Of a stretch of 64,000 bases of DNA, positions 10,264 to 20,610 are shown one piece after another. The number at the start of each line of letters is the position of its first letter. Position 1 is the stretch's first letter. Source of the DNA: Gemmatimonadota bacterium. Lineage in GTDB: Bacteria; Gemmatimonadota; Gemmatimonadetes; Gemmatimonadales; GWC2-71-9. Location: positions 1-64,000 of the forward strand of contig JAZDCZ010000291.1 in NCBI GenBank assembly GCA_036679605.1, read 5' to 3'. Under the pieces are notes generated by a model that was not told the DNA's origin, did not search any database, and saw only the letters and a program-made list of their open reading frames with translations. The position numbers were made by a program, and so were the translations under genes.

Positions 10264-11094
10264 ATGCCGGACATTGGTCCCTTTCACCCCATCATTGTTC
10301 ACTTCGTCATAGCGCTCCTCGTGATAGGAGTGATCTTTCGAATCATCTCACTTACCGGGAAGGCCGCCTTCACCGGTCCGGCTGCTGCAACATTGCTGTT
10401 GATTGGAGGCCTCAGCACCGTGTTTGCAGCAGAGTCAGGACACGACGCACATGGACTGGCTGAACGCATACCTGGCGTCCGCGATGCCGTAGTAGAGCAT
10501 GAAGAATGGGGCGAACGAACCCGGAACCTGTTCCTGGGAATCGTAGTGCTGGAGATTGCGGCCTTGGCCTTGGCGAAGAGTCGGTATCGTAAGCACGCGG
10601 TGATCGCGTCCGCGATTCTTGGAGTGGCTGGGGTGGGCGCAATCTACGAGACGGGAGAGCATGGGGGCGAACTGGTATACTCTTACGCAGGTGGTGTGGG
10701 GACTCGGACGGGTGAAGAGGCGGATGTAGGGCGGTTGCTCACGGCTGGTTTGTACCACCAATCCATGCTAGATCGCGCCGCCGGCCGTAGCGATGCGGCC
10801 GCTCGTCTGATCGAGGAGATGGCTCGTCGATCTCCGGATGATCAGGGAGTAGCACTCCTGGCCATCGAATCTTTGATTTTGGACCGGCAAGACGGAGAAG
10901 CCGCCCTCGCTGCATTGGCGGCGTTCGAAACTCCGCCAGACAGTAGGCGAACTCAACTCAGGGTAGGATTGCTTACCGCAGATGCCTTCGTGGCAGTGGG
11001 ACTCTCCGACTCAGCGCGCGCCACACTCCAGCGGCTGGCGACCGATTTTCCAGCTAACCAGCGACTTCAGGATCGACTGGCCGACCTGAACTGA
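10264..11094 (+). CDS. DUF2231-like membrane protein with a C-terminal helical extension
   Basis: HPIIVHF N-terminus, His-bearing TMs, GxHGGELVY motif; SD AGGAGA upstream. Confidence 0.75.
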   Translation: MPDIGPFHPIIVHFVIALLVIGVIFRIISLTGKAAFTGPAAATLLLIGGLSTVFAAESGHDAHGLAERIPGVRDAVVEHEEWGERTRNLFLGIVVLEIAALALAKSRYRKHAVIASAILGVAGVGAIYETGEHGGELVYSYAGGVGTRTGEEADVGRLLTAGLYHQSMLDRAAGRSDAAARLIEEMARRSPDDQGVALLAIESLILDRQDGEAALAALAAFETPPDSRRTQLRVGLLTADAFVAVGLSDSARATLQRLATDFPANQRLQDRLADLN

Positions 11095-11124
11095 GCCCTG
11101 GCGGCGGCCAGGGACGGGCTTTTG
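11094..11124 (+). terminator. Possible intrinsic terminator
   Basis: Hairpin CCCTGGC-GGCG-GCCAGGG followed by a short T run right after the stop codon. Confidence 0.4.
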
Positions 11125-11133
11125 TTGTGCCAC

Positions 11134-11185
11134 TTGACAAATATTGACCAGATATTCAAATTTTTAATTGTCATTCAAATTATTG
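11134..11185 (+). promoter_or_regulatory. AT-rich promoter/operator region of the TetR-benzoyl-CoA operon
   Basis: TTGACA at 11134, TTGA-N8-TCAA at 11144-11159 and repeated ATTCAAATT, all in a GC-rich background. Confidence 0.5.
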
Positions 11186-11189
11186 GCAG

Positions 11190-11828
11190 GTGGCTCGACT
11201 GATGCCGGATGCTATAGCCCAGGCTACTCTTTCTCCCCACGTTCGGGAAAAGCGACGTCGTCGCAAGGCCGAGATTCTGCATGCGGCATTGAAGGCGTTC
11301 CGCGACCAAGGTTATTTCGCCACCACCCTGGATGACATCGCCGAGCACCTCGGCGTCCGCAAGACCGCGCTATACCATTATTTCCCAGACAAAGAGTCGA
11401 TTCTCTACGAGTGTCATCGTGTGTCGCTTGACGAGGTCGGCCGGTTGATGAAAGAGGCGCGGCGCAGGTTCGATACGGCGGGTGAGCAACTCGCATATCT
11501 AATCCGAGAGCACGTACGGGTCATGATCGACACTCTGGAGGGCTCACCGCTCGCGTTCGAGGTATCGGCGCTCTCGCCCGACAGGCAAACCGAGATCATC
11601 GCAGCGCGCGACGCATACGAGCGGGGGCTCAGAAGGATCATCGACAGAGGAGTCGAGGCCGGCGAATTTCGGTCGGTGAATTCCAAGATCGCGGTGTTCG
11701 CGATCATGGGTTCGATCAACTGGATCGCGCGGTGGTTTCGCCCGGAAGGTTCTATGCATGCCGCCGAACTCGGAGATGAGTTCGCCGATTATCTGGTAGG
11801 AGGTCTTACATGTCGCAGGAAACGATGA
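11190..11828 (+). CDS. TetR/AcrR-family regulator (KstR2-like C-terminus)
   Basis: HTH TTLDDIAEHLGVRKTALYHYFPDKE; C-terminal NWIARWFRPEG. Confidence 0.92.
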   Translation: MARLMPDAIAQATLSPHVREKRRRRKAEILHAALKAFRDQGYFATTLDDIAEHLGVRKTALYHYFPDKESILYECHRVSLDEVGRLMKEARRRFDTAGEQLAYLIREHVRVMIDTLEGSPLAFEVSALSPDRQTEIIAARDAYERGLRRIIDRGVEAGEFRSVNSKIAVFAIMGSINWIARWFRPEGSMHAAELGDEFADYLVGGLTCRRKR

Positions 11829-12907
11829 AGAGATATTTCGACTCGCGCACGGCAGAGTCTTATTCGTTCGACGAAATAGAGTACTCCAAGGACAATCACG
11901 TTGCCCGGATTACGATCAACCGTCCTCACAACTACAACGCCTACTCGACCCACACACTCGAGGAATTGGCCACCGCGTTTCGCGACGCGAGTTTTGACGA
12001 CGGGGTCGGTGTAATCGTCTTCACCGGTGTTGGGGAGAAGGCGTTCTGCACGGGAGGAGACGTCAAGGAATACGCCGACAGCTACGTATCCACTCCTCGT
12101 GACTATTGGAAGTACATGGCTCTCTTCAGATCGTACATAGAGAGCATCCTCAATACGGGCAAGCCGGTGGTGGCGCGTCTCAATGGAATGGCGGTTGGCG
12201 GTGGAAACGAGAGCCAGCTTGCGTGTGATCTAACCGTCATGGCACAGCACACCATCATCAAGCAGGTGGGAACGCATGTCGGGTCCGTCGCATGCGGTGG
12301 ATCGACTCAGTGGTTGCCGTTGGTTGTGGGAGACAAGCGGGCCCGCGAGATCCTATTTCTGAACGAACCGATCCCAGCGCTGAAGGCGCGGGATTGGGGG
12401 CTAGTAAACTGGGTAGTGCCGTCCGTTCGTAAGGGCGAACAGTGGATCGAGGAAGCTTCCGGGGACCAGATAAAAAAGGCGCAGCGTGGTGAAGATGGCT
12501 ATGCGATAGATCTAACGCGACTAGACGAGTTCGTTGACGATCTTGCACGTCGTCTCCTCGCGTCGTTCCCTGAATGCACACGCTATACCAAGCAGCAAGT
12601 GAACTATTTCAAGGATCAAGTCTGGAACGCCACGGTGGGGCACGCGCAGGACTGGCTCTCGTTGCACTACGCTTGTTGGGAACCCGTGGAGGGGATGCAA
12701 GCTTTCGTAGAGAAGCGGCCGGCTCGTTACGAGATGCTGAGAGCCTTGGCGGAGGACGGTCGTTCCTCCGAGACACCGTGGGGTTCGGCAGTCAGTAGCT
12801 GTGGCGCATGCGGTGCGAAGAATCTGCCGGCACACCATGAATTTTGCGGAGCATGTGGACAGGTGCTCTCAGAGAAAAAGGGAATGGAGGAGGTGTCTGC
12901 CGAATGA
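11810..12907 (+). CDS. oah: 6-oxocyclohex-1-ene-1-carbonyl-CoA hydrolase-like crotonase with a C-terminal zinc ribbon
   Basis: Crotonase motifs YNAYST, AFCTGGDVKEY and GMAVGGGNE; sits in the BCR operon; terminal CxxC...CxxC. Confidence 0.75.
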   Translation: MSQETMKRYFDSRTAESYSFDEIEYSKDNHVARITINRPHNYNAYSTHTLEELATAFRDASFDDGVGVIVFTGVGEKAFCTGGDVKEYADSYVSTPRDYWKYMALFRSYIESILNTGKPVVARLNGMAVGGGNESQLACDLTVMAQHTIIKQVGTHVGSVACGGSTQWLPLVVGDKRAREILFLNEPIPALKARDWGLVNWVVPSVRKGEQWIEEASGDQIKKAQRGEDGYAIDLTRLDEFVDDLARRLLASFPECTRYTKQQVNYFKDQVWNATVGHAQDWLSLHYACWEPVEGMQAFVEKRPARYEMLRALAEDGRSSETPWGSAVSSCGACGAKNLPAHHEFCGACGQVLSEKKGMEEVSAE

Positions 12908-13662
12908 GCGTAAGCCGATCGATCGAGAACGGGGTGGGTCGGTTGGTGTTGAATCGTCCACCGCTCAACATCCTGACATCAGAAATGTTATGTCGCCTTC
13001 ACGGCGAACTCGAGTCCCTGAGATCGGTGCAGGACTTGCGAGTGCTGGTGTTGTCGGCGGAGGGGAAGCACTTTTCCGCTGGCGCCGATGTTGGCGAGCA
13101 CCTTCCTCCCCACTACGCAGAGATGATCCGGCAGTTCATGGAAACCGTGCGGGCGATTGACGCATTTCCGGTGCCCGTCATAGCCGCGGTGCGCGGCAGG
13201 TGCTTGGGTGGTGGTTTCGAACTCGTTCAGGCTGCCGATATAGTCGTGGCCGGTGAGAGCGCCATGTTCGGGCAGCCCGAGATCATGCTAGGAGTTTTCC
13301 CTCCCGCTGCGTGCGCAGTTTTGCCACGTGTTTGCGGACGTGCAATGGCTGCAGAGCTGATTCTCACGGGCGAGTCGATAGGTGCGGATGAGGCTCGCGA
13401 TGCTGGCTTGGTTAGATACGTAGTTGCCGACGACCAGGTGGAAAGCCGTGCACTGGCAATAGCCGGCAAGATCGCAAGGCACAGTGCTGCCACAGTACGT
13501 TTTGCGGTTAGCGCGATGAACGATTCCGACCTCGCGGATAGCGAGACATCATTCCGACGTGCATCGAAACTCTACACCGACGATCTCATGCAGACACACG
13601 ATGCAGTGGAGGGGTTAGAAGCTTTCTTGGCTAAAAGGCAACCCTCATGGAATCACGAGTGA
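12904..13662 (+). CDS. dch: Enoyl-CoA hydratase, likely cyclohexa-1,5-diene-1-carbonyl-CoA hydratase
   Basis: [27 protein letters not shown] and [16 protein letters not shown] overlap with oah. Confidence 0.75.
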   Translation: MSVSRSIENGVGRLVLNRPPLNILTSEMLCRLHGELESLRSVQDLRVLVLSAEGKHFSAGADVGEHLPPHYAEMIRQFMETVRAIDAFPVPVIAAVRGRCLGGGFELVQAADIVVAGESAMFGQPEIMLGVFPPAACAVLPRVCGRAMAAELILTGESIGADEARDAGLVRYVVADDQVESRALAIAGKIARHSAATVRFAVSAMNDSDLADSETSFRRASKLYTDDLMQTHDAVEGLEAFLAKRQPSWNHE

Positions 13663-14819
13663 CGGTATTTCCGGAGTGGCGGAACCTTCCGCTAGACGAT
13701 GTACTTTGGCATTGCCGAGAGTTGCTCGAAGATATGTCGTTTCCGACAGTCACTCGGTGGCGCGAGCAGGGCGGGAAAGTCGTCGGACATTTTCAAGTTT
13801 ATTTTCCCGAAGAGATCGTGCATGCTGCCGGTATGTTGCCGTTCAAGGTTCGGGGCGCGGCAGTAGAGGCGACGCATTCCGACTCGCGCTTCGGATCCTA
13901 TCTCTGCTCGATTCTGAAGACGTCGTTGGAGCTGGCGCTGAGTGGCAGAGTCGAATTCGATATGTTTGTCAGTCATCCGATATGCGATGCTGCGCGAAAC
14001 CTGGCAGCGGTATGGGGAAGAAACCGTTCATACCCCTGTCAGATTTTGTATCTGCCACAGAACGCCAATTCCGCCCACTCGTCGACCTACCTGTGTCACG
14101 AGTATGGCCGCCTAAGGCGGGCGGTCGAAGAGGTCGCCGGCCATGAGATAACCGACGATCAACTGCGCCATTCTATTGCTGTCTTCAACGAGAATCGTTC
14201 GCTTCTCAGGGATCTCTATGAGATCAAGCGGCTCAAACCTTGGCTGGTGTCTGCAGAGGACGCCTACGTGTTGGTGGCCCTCGGTGGGATCATGCCGCGT
14301 GAGGACCACAACGATCTGCTTCGGTCGGTGTTACCGATGATCGGCGAGCGATCGGTCAAGCGCCAGGACAAAATACGCGTAGTGTTTGAAGGCGGCTTCT
14401 GCGAGCAGCCACCCCTGGACCTGATTCGAGCCATAGGCCGGTCATGTTATGTGGTGGACGACGATTTGCTTATCGGCTTGCGGTGGATTGTGGACGATGT
14501 GTTGGTAGACGGCGACCCTCTTCTCAACTTGGCAGAATCGTACCTAGAGCACTCAGCGCATAGTCCGGTCCAACATGACTTGCGCAAACCCAAGGAAAAG
14601 ATGCTGCTTGAGAGGATCTCCAACGCGGGCGCCGATGCAGCCATTGTGACCGCTGCAAAAATGTGTGAACCCGGACTGGAAGAGCAAGTTGCATATACAC
14701 TGTCCCTGGATACCGCAGGTATCCCGTACTTCGTGTCCGAGTTCGAAGAGAACATGACGAGCTTCGATCATCTCGAGATCCAATTGGAGACATTCGTAGA
14801 GAACATTCTTTTCGAGTGA
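13647..14819 (+). CDS. bcrC: Class I benzoyl-CoA reductase subunit C (BcrC/BadD-like)
   Basis: [35 protein letters not shown] and AAKMCEPGL resemble BcrC as recalled; operon context. Confidence 0.8.
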   Translation: MESRVTVFPEWRNLPLDDVLWHCRELLEDMSFPTVTRWREQGGKVVGHFQVYFPEEIVHAAGMLPFKVRGAAVEATHSDSRFGSYLCSILKTSLELALSGRVEFDMFVSHPICDAARNLAAVWGRNRSYPCQILYLPQNANSAHSSTYLCHEYGRLRRAVEEVAGHEITDDQLRHSIAVFNENRSLLRDLYEIKRLKPWLVSAEDAYVLVALGGIMPREDHNDLLRSVLPMIGERSVKRQDKIRVVFEGGFCEQPPLDLIRAIGRSCYVVDDDLLIGLRWIVDDVLVDGDPLLNLAESYLEHSAHSPVQHDLRKPKEKMLLERISNAGADAAIVTAAKMCEPGLEEQVAYTLSLDTAGIPYFVSEFEENMTSFDHLEIQLETFVENILFE

Positions 14820-14834
14820 GATAGGTGCAACACA

Positions 14835-16136
14835 ATGTCTAGTAACGTTATCAGCGAAGAGATCATCGGTCGAGGCAACCGTGACGGTGCTGCTCTGTTC
14901 CGGCAGTGGTATCAGGAACTCACAGTTGCTGCAGAGGAAGATAGGAGGGCTGCCTATGTCTTTGTAATGGGTAGCCTGTCAGAGCTTCTAAGAGTGTTCG
15001 ATGTTCCCATTGTCTTTCCTGAGATCAACTCCCTCCAGACCGCTGTGCGACGAGTCGCCCATGAGTACCTCGATGAAGCGGAGGACTACGGCTACTCACC
15101 GGACATATGTGGTTATGTAAAAGCGGATGTCGCCACTCAATTGCGAGGTGGGCAGCTACCTATGGGGCGTATTCCAAAACCAGCGCTCGCGGTGTACACC
15201 AACGCTTGCAATACCTACATAAAATGGGCGGAGATATGGGAGCGGATGTATGAAATTCCCATATTCACGCTAGATGTTCCGGGTACGAGGGCTGCCGGAA
15301 AGCAAACCTGGCCAGGTGATCCGGATTTCGAGAACGACAAACGGTATGTCGCAGCTCAACTGAAAGAGCTGATTGAACTATGCGAGCGGGTTACCGGGGT
15401 TGACTTCGACATCGACAGGCTGAGGGAGACCCTTGGCCATGCCAATGTCATGAGTAGATGTTGGAAACGTGTTCTGGAGTTGAACCAGAGTCGGCCCTCC
15501 CTCTTCAACGCCCTTTCGGATGGTACGATTTACCTAGGGGTCACAAACGGTTTTCGTGGTACGAAGGCCGGCGGCGACTACTTCCAAGAACTTGTGGAGG
15601 AGTTAGAACTCAAAGCGGACCAAGGTATTGGCACGTTAACAGACGAGATGTACCGATTGCTCTTTGTTGGCGTACCGTGCTATCCGATATTTCGCCGCTT
15701 CACTGAACTGTTTACAGATTGGGGCGGCACATTTGTCAATTCAACATATCTGTGGTTCGCGTCCGGTGGATCAAACGTCGGTTTCGAATACGATCTCGAC
15801 GATCCTCTCGACAGTCTGGCGGAGGGGGTCTTGGTCGGGGTGCGAGATGCAATGGACAGCATGTTCTTTCAGACGGACCTGCTAGTGCAAATGATAGATT
15901 CGTACGGAGCGGACGGAGTCGTCTACCACCCAATCAAGAGTTGTAGAACCGTTTCTACCGGCTTGGCGGACAATCGACGCGCTCTCATGGAGGCGCGTGA
16001 TATTCCCAGCCTTTTCATTGAATCGGACATGATGGACCGCCGGGTCATTTCAGAAGCTCAGCTCAAGAACCGCGTGGATGCGTTCTTCGAAGGGCTTGCA
16101 ACGCGTCGCCGTAGGGCAGCTGCAACGAAGGTGTAA
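14835..16136 (+). CDS. bcrB: Class I benzoyl-CoA reductase subunit B (BcrB/BadE-like)
   Basis: PEIN, DICGYVKAD, CNTYIKW, HPIKSC and AQLKNRVDAFFE; operon context. Confidence 0.8.
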   Translation: MSSNVISEEIIGRGNRDGAALFRQWYQELTVAAEEDRRAAYVFVMGSLSELLRVFDVPIVFPEINSLQTAVRRVAHEYLDEAEDYGYSPDICGYVKADVATQLRGGQLPMGRIPKPALAVYTNACNTYIKWAEIWERMYEIPIFTLDVPGTRAAGKQTWPGDPDFENDKRYVAAQLKELIELCERVTGVDFDIDRLRETLGHANVMSRCWKRVLELNQSRPSLFNALSDGTIYLGVTNGFRGTKAGGDYFQELVEELELKADQGIGTLTDEMYRLLFVGVPCYPIFRRFTELFTDWGGTFVNSTYLWFASGGSNVGFEYDLDDPLDSLAEGVLVGVRDAMDSMFFQTDLLVQMIDSYGADGVVYHPIKSCRTVSTGLADNRRALMEARDIPSLFIESDMMDRRVISEAQLKNRVDAFFEGLATRRRRAAATKV

Positions 16137-16154
16137 AGCAAGGGAAGGAAGATT

Positions 16155-16964
16155 ATGGCATATGCAGCGGGTGTGGACGTCGGATCCACGCAGACTAAGT
16201 CCGTGATAATCGATGAGGCCCAGGAAATCGTCTGCCGTGCTCTTACCGACACTGGTGCCAACGTCGTGCGTGCCGCGGAGAATGCCTTTGCCCAAGCGCT
16301 GACGAACGGTGACCTCAGAGAGGAAGAGGTCGAGTACGTGGTTGGAACGGGATACGGTCGCTACAAGGTGACGTTCGGAAACACACAGGTTACCGAGATT
16401 AGCTGTCACGGTCGCGGCTCCGTCCATATGTTTCCAAATACGCGTACGGTCGTCGACATGGGAGGCCAAGATACGAAGGCGATTAGGGTGTCTGCCGTAG
16501 GCGAGATCGTGGACTTTTGTATGAACGATAAGTGCGCTGCCGGAACAGGACGTTTCTTGGGTGCGGCATCGAGTGCGCTTGATATTCCACTAGAGCAACT
16601 CGGCCCCACGGCTTTGAGGGGCGAGAGACCGGTAAGAGTCAGCACCACTTGTACCGTGTTCGCAGAGTCGGAGGTGTTGTCATGGTTGGGAAAGGGGAAG
16701 AAAATCGAAGATATCCTGCTAGGTGTCCACCAGTCGATTGCTGCACGTTCCGCCGGATTGTTGCGACGCGTCGGTGTGGAGGAGGAGGTGACGTTCACGG
16801 GCGGGGTCGCGCGTAATCTCGCGATGATAGATGCTTTGGATAGCAAGCTGGGGGTCAAGGTCAACGTCAGCGAAGAATCTCACTTCATGGGTGCCTTGGG
16901 TGCAGCGCTGTTTGCTCTCGATCACATTGTGGCGGCCAGAACACCAGCGGGTGAAACAGCATGA
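16155..16964 (+). CDS. Benzoyl-CoA reductase ATP-dependent activase subunit (BcrA/BzdQ/HgdC ASKHA family)
   Basis: [34 protein letters not shown] and CTVFAESE. Confidence 0.85.
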   Translation: MAYAAGVDVGSTQTKSVIIDEAQEIVCRALTDTGANVVRAAENAFAQALTNGDLREEEVEYVVGTGYGRYKVTFGNTQVTEISCHGRGSVHMFPNTRTVVDMGGQDTKAIRVSAVGEIVDFCMNDKCAAGTGRFLGAASSALDIPLEQLGPTALRGERPVRVSTTCTVFAESEVLSWLGKGKKIEDILLGVHQSIAARSAGLLRRVGVEEEVTFTGGVARNLAMIDALDSKLGVKVNVSEESHFMGALGAALFALDHIVAARTPAGETA

Positions 16965-17794
16965 TCTACACGGCCGGAATTGACGTTGGGTCTACGTATA
17001 CCAAGGCCGTCGTGTTGAGTGCTGATGGGGATGTCGTTGGGCGATCGATCGCGCCGACAGGCTTCAAACTCACCGAGATAGCCGAGCAAACTCATAGGAA
17101 TGCTGTCGCAGATGCGGGTCTCTCGCCAGACAGCGTGTCCTATATCGTGGCCACGGGGTTCGGCAGGCACCAGGCGTCGCTCAGCGATGTGCAGGTAACC
17201 GATCTCACTGCGAGCGCCCGGGGCTGCACCTTCCTCTTCCCCGAGACGAAGACAATCCTCGACGTAGGGGGACAGACGATGAAGGCGAGCAGACTCGGCG
17301 AGCGCGCGAAGGTAAAGTCCTTCCGATTGAACGACAAGTGCGCAGCAGGAACCGGAGCCTTTCTTGAGAAGACGGCGCGGTACATGGGTTTCGGCACCGA
17401 TGAAATCGGACCGCTGGTGGCGACGTCGAAGCAGTCTGTTCCTATCTCGGGCGTTTGCGCTGTCTTTGCCGAATCGGAAGTGATCAATCAACTGTCCGAA
17501 GGAGCGGCTCCGGCGGACATCATGCATGGAGCGATAGAATCCTTGGTGGGTCGCTCGCTTCAGTTGATGAAGCGTGTGAAGATGGAACCGGAGTTTACGC
17601 TGATTGGCGGCATCATGAGGTTCGAGATGATGGCCAAAGTGGTGCAAGAACAACTGGGCGCAGCAGTCAACGTTCCCGACAGCAACATGGTGCAATATAC
17701 CTCAGCGCTGGGTGCGGCCATTCTGGGCCACCGCCGGCTGGAAAAACTAGAGCGAGAGCGAGTGGGCGCAATAGCTGACGCGGATGCGGCCTAG
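16961..17794 (+). CDS. Benzoyl-CoA reductase ATP-dependent activase subunit (BcrD/BzdP-like)
   Basis: [25 protein letters not shown] and [12 protein letters not shown] overlap with the previous gene. Confidence 0.85.
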   Translation: MIYTAGIDVGSTYTKAVVLSADGDVVGRSIAPTGFKLTEIAEQTHRNAVADAGLSPDSVSYIVATGFGRHQASLSDVQVTDLTASARGCTFLFPETKTILDVGGQTMKASRLGERAKVKSFRLNDKCAAGTGAFLEKTARYMGFGTDEIGPLVATSKQSVPISGVCAVFAESEVINQLSEGAAPADIMHGAIESLVGRSLQLMKRVKMEPEFTLIGGIMRFEMMAKVVQEQLGAAVNVPDSNMVQYTSALGAAILGHRRLEKLERERVGAIADADAA

Positions 17795-18095
17795 GGAGCA
17801 ACGGCAGGGAGAGATCAAGGCCCTGGAATCCATGGTGGCCCGGGAGGCTCGACGAGTTCTCTCCGAAGAGCAACTCGCTGCCGATCCCGCTCGCATCGCC
17901 GCCGGTTGGGAACGGAGATTTATCGCCGACTCGAAGAGGGTTGAAGAGGCGATACAACTCTACGAGGAGTTGGGTTACGAGGTTTGTGCCGATCCGGTTC
18001 TCGTCGATCAAATGGATCCGGACTGCGAAGGATGCCAATTGGTAATGTTGTTTCAGTTCAAGACGATATATACGCGCAAGAGGAGCGAGACATAA
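17784..18095 (+). CDS. Small hypothetical protein embedded in the BCR operon (three Cys)
   Basis: Fills the gap exactly: it overlaps the upstream stop and abuts the next ATG. Contains GWERRF and CADP...CEGC. Confidence 0.6.
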   Translation: MRPREQRQGEIKALESMVAREARRVLSEEQLAADPARIAAGWERRFIADSKRVEEAIQLYEELGYEVCADPVLVDQMDPDCEGCQLVMLFQFKTIYTRKRSET

Positions 18096-19118
18096 ATGAA
18101 AGCCGCCGTTTATCATGGACCAAACCAGCCACTGCAAGTAGCCGAAGTCCCTGCACCAACGCCGGCTCGAGGTGAAGCATTGGTGAGGGTGGCGGCGTGT
18201 GGATTATGTCACACGGATCTGCACTACGTCGATCACGGTGTCCGCACGTTCAAGGATCCACCGTTGATACTCGGTCATGAGCCGGCTGGCACGGTGGTGG
18301 AGTTGGGAGATGGGGTAGATGGGCATGAAGTCGGTGAACGCGTCGTGATACCTGCGGTGTTGTCGTGCGGTAGGTGTTCTTATTGCCGTCAGGGGCGCGA
18401 AAACCTGTGTGACAAACTAGTTATGCTGGGCAATCACGTTGATGGTGCATATGCAGAGTTCATTGCCGTACCGGCTCACGAGCTGGTGCCGGTACCTGAT
18501 AAGATATCACTCGAGAAGGCGTGTATTATCGCCGACGCAGTATCTACTCCTTACCACGCAGTAAAGCATCGTGGTAAGGTTACGCCGGGGGATACGGTGG
18601 CTGTTGTTGGATGTGGTGGCGTTGGTTTGAACGTGATCCAATGTGCCATCGTCGCCGGTGCCAGCGTAATCGCCATAGATGTAAATGATAGCCGTCTCCA
18701 AATAGCGAGCACATTGGGCGCAGAGACAGTCAATCCGAAGTCAGTCGATCGGATAGACAAGCACATACGTAAGATGACGAACGGTGGGGTAGATGTGGCG
18801 TTTGAAGTGATAGGCCGGCCGGACACGATTCAGATGGCGTTTGGTCTATTGCGTCGTGGCGCCCGACTGTGTGTGATCGGCTTTGCGCAGGAAAACGTTT
18901 CCCTGTCCGCTGCCAAGATAATGTTCTACGAACTCGAAGTGGTCGGCAGTTTGGGATGCGGTGGTGGCGAGTATCCGGAAATCATGTCTCTAGTAGAGAA
19001 CGGGCGCATAAAGCTCGACCCGATCGTTAGCGGGTCTATCCCGCTCGACGATATCAATGACGGTCTAGACCGGCTGCGCAAGGGCGAGGGAGTCCGGTGG
19101 GTGATAACGCCCAGCTAA
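18096..19118 (+). CDS. had: Zn-dependent alcohol dehydrogenase, likely 6-hydroxycyclohex-1-ene-1-carbonyl-CoA dehydrogenase
   Basis: CGLCHTDLH, GHE, CxxCxxC...C, ADAVSTPYHA and GCGGVG; operon context. Confidence 0.75.
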   Translation: MKAAVYHGPNQPLQVAEVPAPTPARGEALVRVAACGLCHTDLHYVDHGVRTFKDPPLILGHEPAGTVVELGDGVDGHEVGERVVIPAVLSCGRCSYCRQGRENLCDKLVMLGNHVDGAYAEFIAVPAHELVPVPDKISLEKACIIADAVSTPYHAVKHRGKVTPGDTVAVVGCGGVGLNVIQCAIVAGASVIAIDVNDSRLQIASTLGAETVNPKSVDRIDKHIRKMTNGGVDVAFEVIGRPDTIQMAFGLLRRGARLCVIGFAQENVSLSAAKIMFYELEVVGSLGCGGGEYPEIMSLVENGRIKLDPIVSGSIPLDDINDGLDRLRKGEGVRWVITPS

Positions 19119-19134
19119 TCGGAGTAGAGTGCAC

Positions 19135-20610
19135 CTAGCCAAAGGGATACATCTTGTGCTTCTCCCGATCGCACAGCCCAGCGTGATTGAACCCGCTGAT
19201 TGCTGAGGCGATCGTCCGTTCCAACTCCAGGACGTCGCCCGGTTCCACGGGCTTGCTCGCAACCATATTGCGAACGGTATCGTACCCGTCATCCACCGCT
19301 GCACGAAAGTCGTCGTCATGCGCCATTAGGAAGCCATCTTCCACACGATGCGTTCCATCACGCCGCCGATGCTCACTGGCGATAGCTCCGGCGAAGTAGT
19401 ACATGGAGAAAGTCGTCATCAAATCGAAGTCTGCGAATGCGCAGTAGCATCCGTGGATGATCCTGTCCATCATGTCTGCTTCCCGACGTAGTCCAGCCTC
19501 ATATTCTGCGAGTCTGCTGTAGCGTTCGGTCGACTCCATCGCTGCAATGACGCGCTCGATTCCGCTCAGTGTGAGCGCGATGCCGGAACTGTGCAACGGA
19601 TCCAAGAAGGCGGCACTGTGAGGAAGGAGCGCCCAATCTTCGTCGACGATCTGCGTGACTCCACGCTGTAGGCGCCCAGTCCGAACTAGGGGACGGAGAG
19701 CTTCAGCATCGCAAAACTGTTCGGCAATCGACGGAAACTGAGCGAGGAGTGTCGTCCACTCAAGTAAAGGATCTACGGACTCGTCGAGTGGGTGCCGATC
19801 CATGTCCAGAACGAAGCCGGCGCTCACAACGTCGTCGTCGAACCGAAGCACCCACATCCATCCGCCGTCAAAAACATGGTGCAGGGCTGCGGCATCACAG
19901 TCGAAAGGATGATCGTCGAGCCGGCCTCGGCGTTCGGCGACCATGTCGCGCCACCTGCGTACCCCAGTGAAATGTGAGTAAATCGTCCGGGAGTTTGTGC
20001 GAAACCCGGTCGGTCCGTTGTTGAGCCCCAGCGCCCCAGAAAGAAACTGACCGGCCCCCGATGCGTCTATCAGGAAGGGCGCCTCGATGGAGAGGTCGCC
20101 ATCTCCGCTCCGACCGTTCAATCTCCAGGGGCTCCTGCCTTCGATCTTCAAGTTGGCCCGGTCAAAGTACGGAATACCAGCCGCTACTGCTTCACGTACA
20201 TAGAAGTGATCGACATCGGCGCGGAACCATTGTGTATCGGAGTGCTCTTCGTCCGGGTTCGCCTCCACCAACATCTCGTTGTGGTGCTCAGAACTCGGCA
20301 CGAACGGCTCACCGGCACGGTGGTGGAAGTAGCTGAACCCCCGCTTCAGGCCGCGCATGATTTCGGGATGCTCCCGTCGCCACGATCCGTATTGGGTTAG
20401 TGACAGGAGTTGCGGCAAGCCGTAGCGTTCGCAGAGTTGTTTCAGGGCGAGGTCGGCGAGTGGGGTGGAGGATTCACCAATCGCAAACCGCGGGTGCGTG
20501 CCGCGTTCGACTAGCACCGGTTCAAGGCCGATCTGTCGCGCCAATAGCGCCGTGATACTGCCGCCGAAACCTGCCCCTACGATAGCGACATCAGCTCGAA
20601 TTTCCGTCAT
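19135..20610 (-). CDS. Flavin-dependent halogenase-family protein
   Basis: GAGFGG, HPRFAIGES, GWMWVL (WxWxI variant) and AAFLDPLHSSG. Start reassigned to ATG 20610 (ATGA overlap with the rSAM stop). Confidence 0.8.
   Translation of the reverse strand: MTEIRADVAIVGAGFGGSITALLARQIGLEPVLVERGTHPRFAIGESSTPLADLALKQLCERYGLPQLLSLTQYGSWRREHPEIMRGLKRGFSYFHHRAGEPFVPSSEHHNEMLVEANPDEEHSDTQWFRADVDHFYVREAVAAGIPYFDRANLKIEGRSPWRLNGRSGDGDLSIEAPFLIDASGAGQFLSGALGLNNGPTGFRTNSRTIYSHFTGVRRWRDMVAERRGRLDDHPFDCDAAALHHVFDGGWMWVLRFDDDVVSAGFVLDMDRHPLDESVDPLLEWTTLLAQFPSIAEQFCDAEALRPLVRTGRLQRGVTQIVDEDWALLPHSAAFLDPLHSSGIALTLSGIERVIAAMESTERYSRLAEYEAGLRREADMMDRIIHGCYCAFADFDLMTTFSMYYFAGAIASEHRRRDGTHRVEDGFLMAHDDDFRAAVDDGYDTVRNMVASKPVEPGDVLELERTIASAISGFNHAGLCDREKHKMYPFG

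Noticed and set aside
11144..11159. FNR box upstream of the anaerobic operon
   Set aside because: Spacing is TTGA-N8-TCAA, not TTGAT-N4-ATCAA; a TetR operator is equally plausible.
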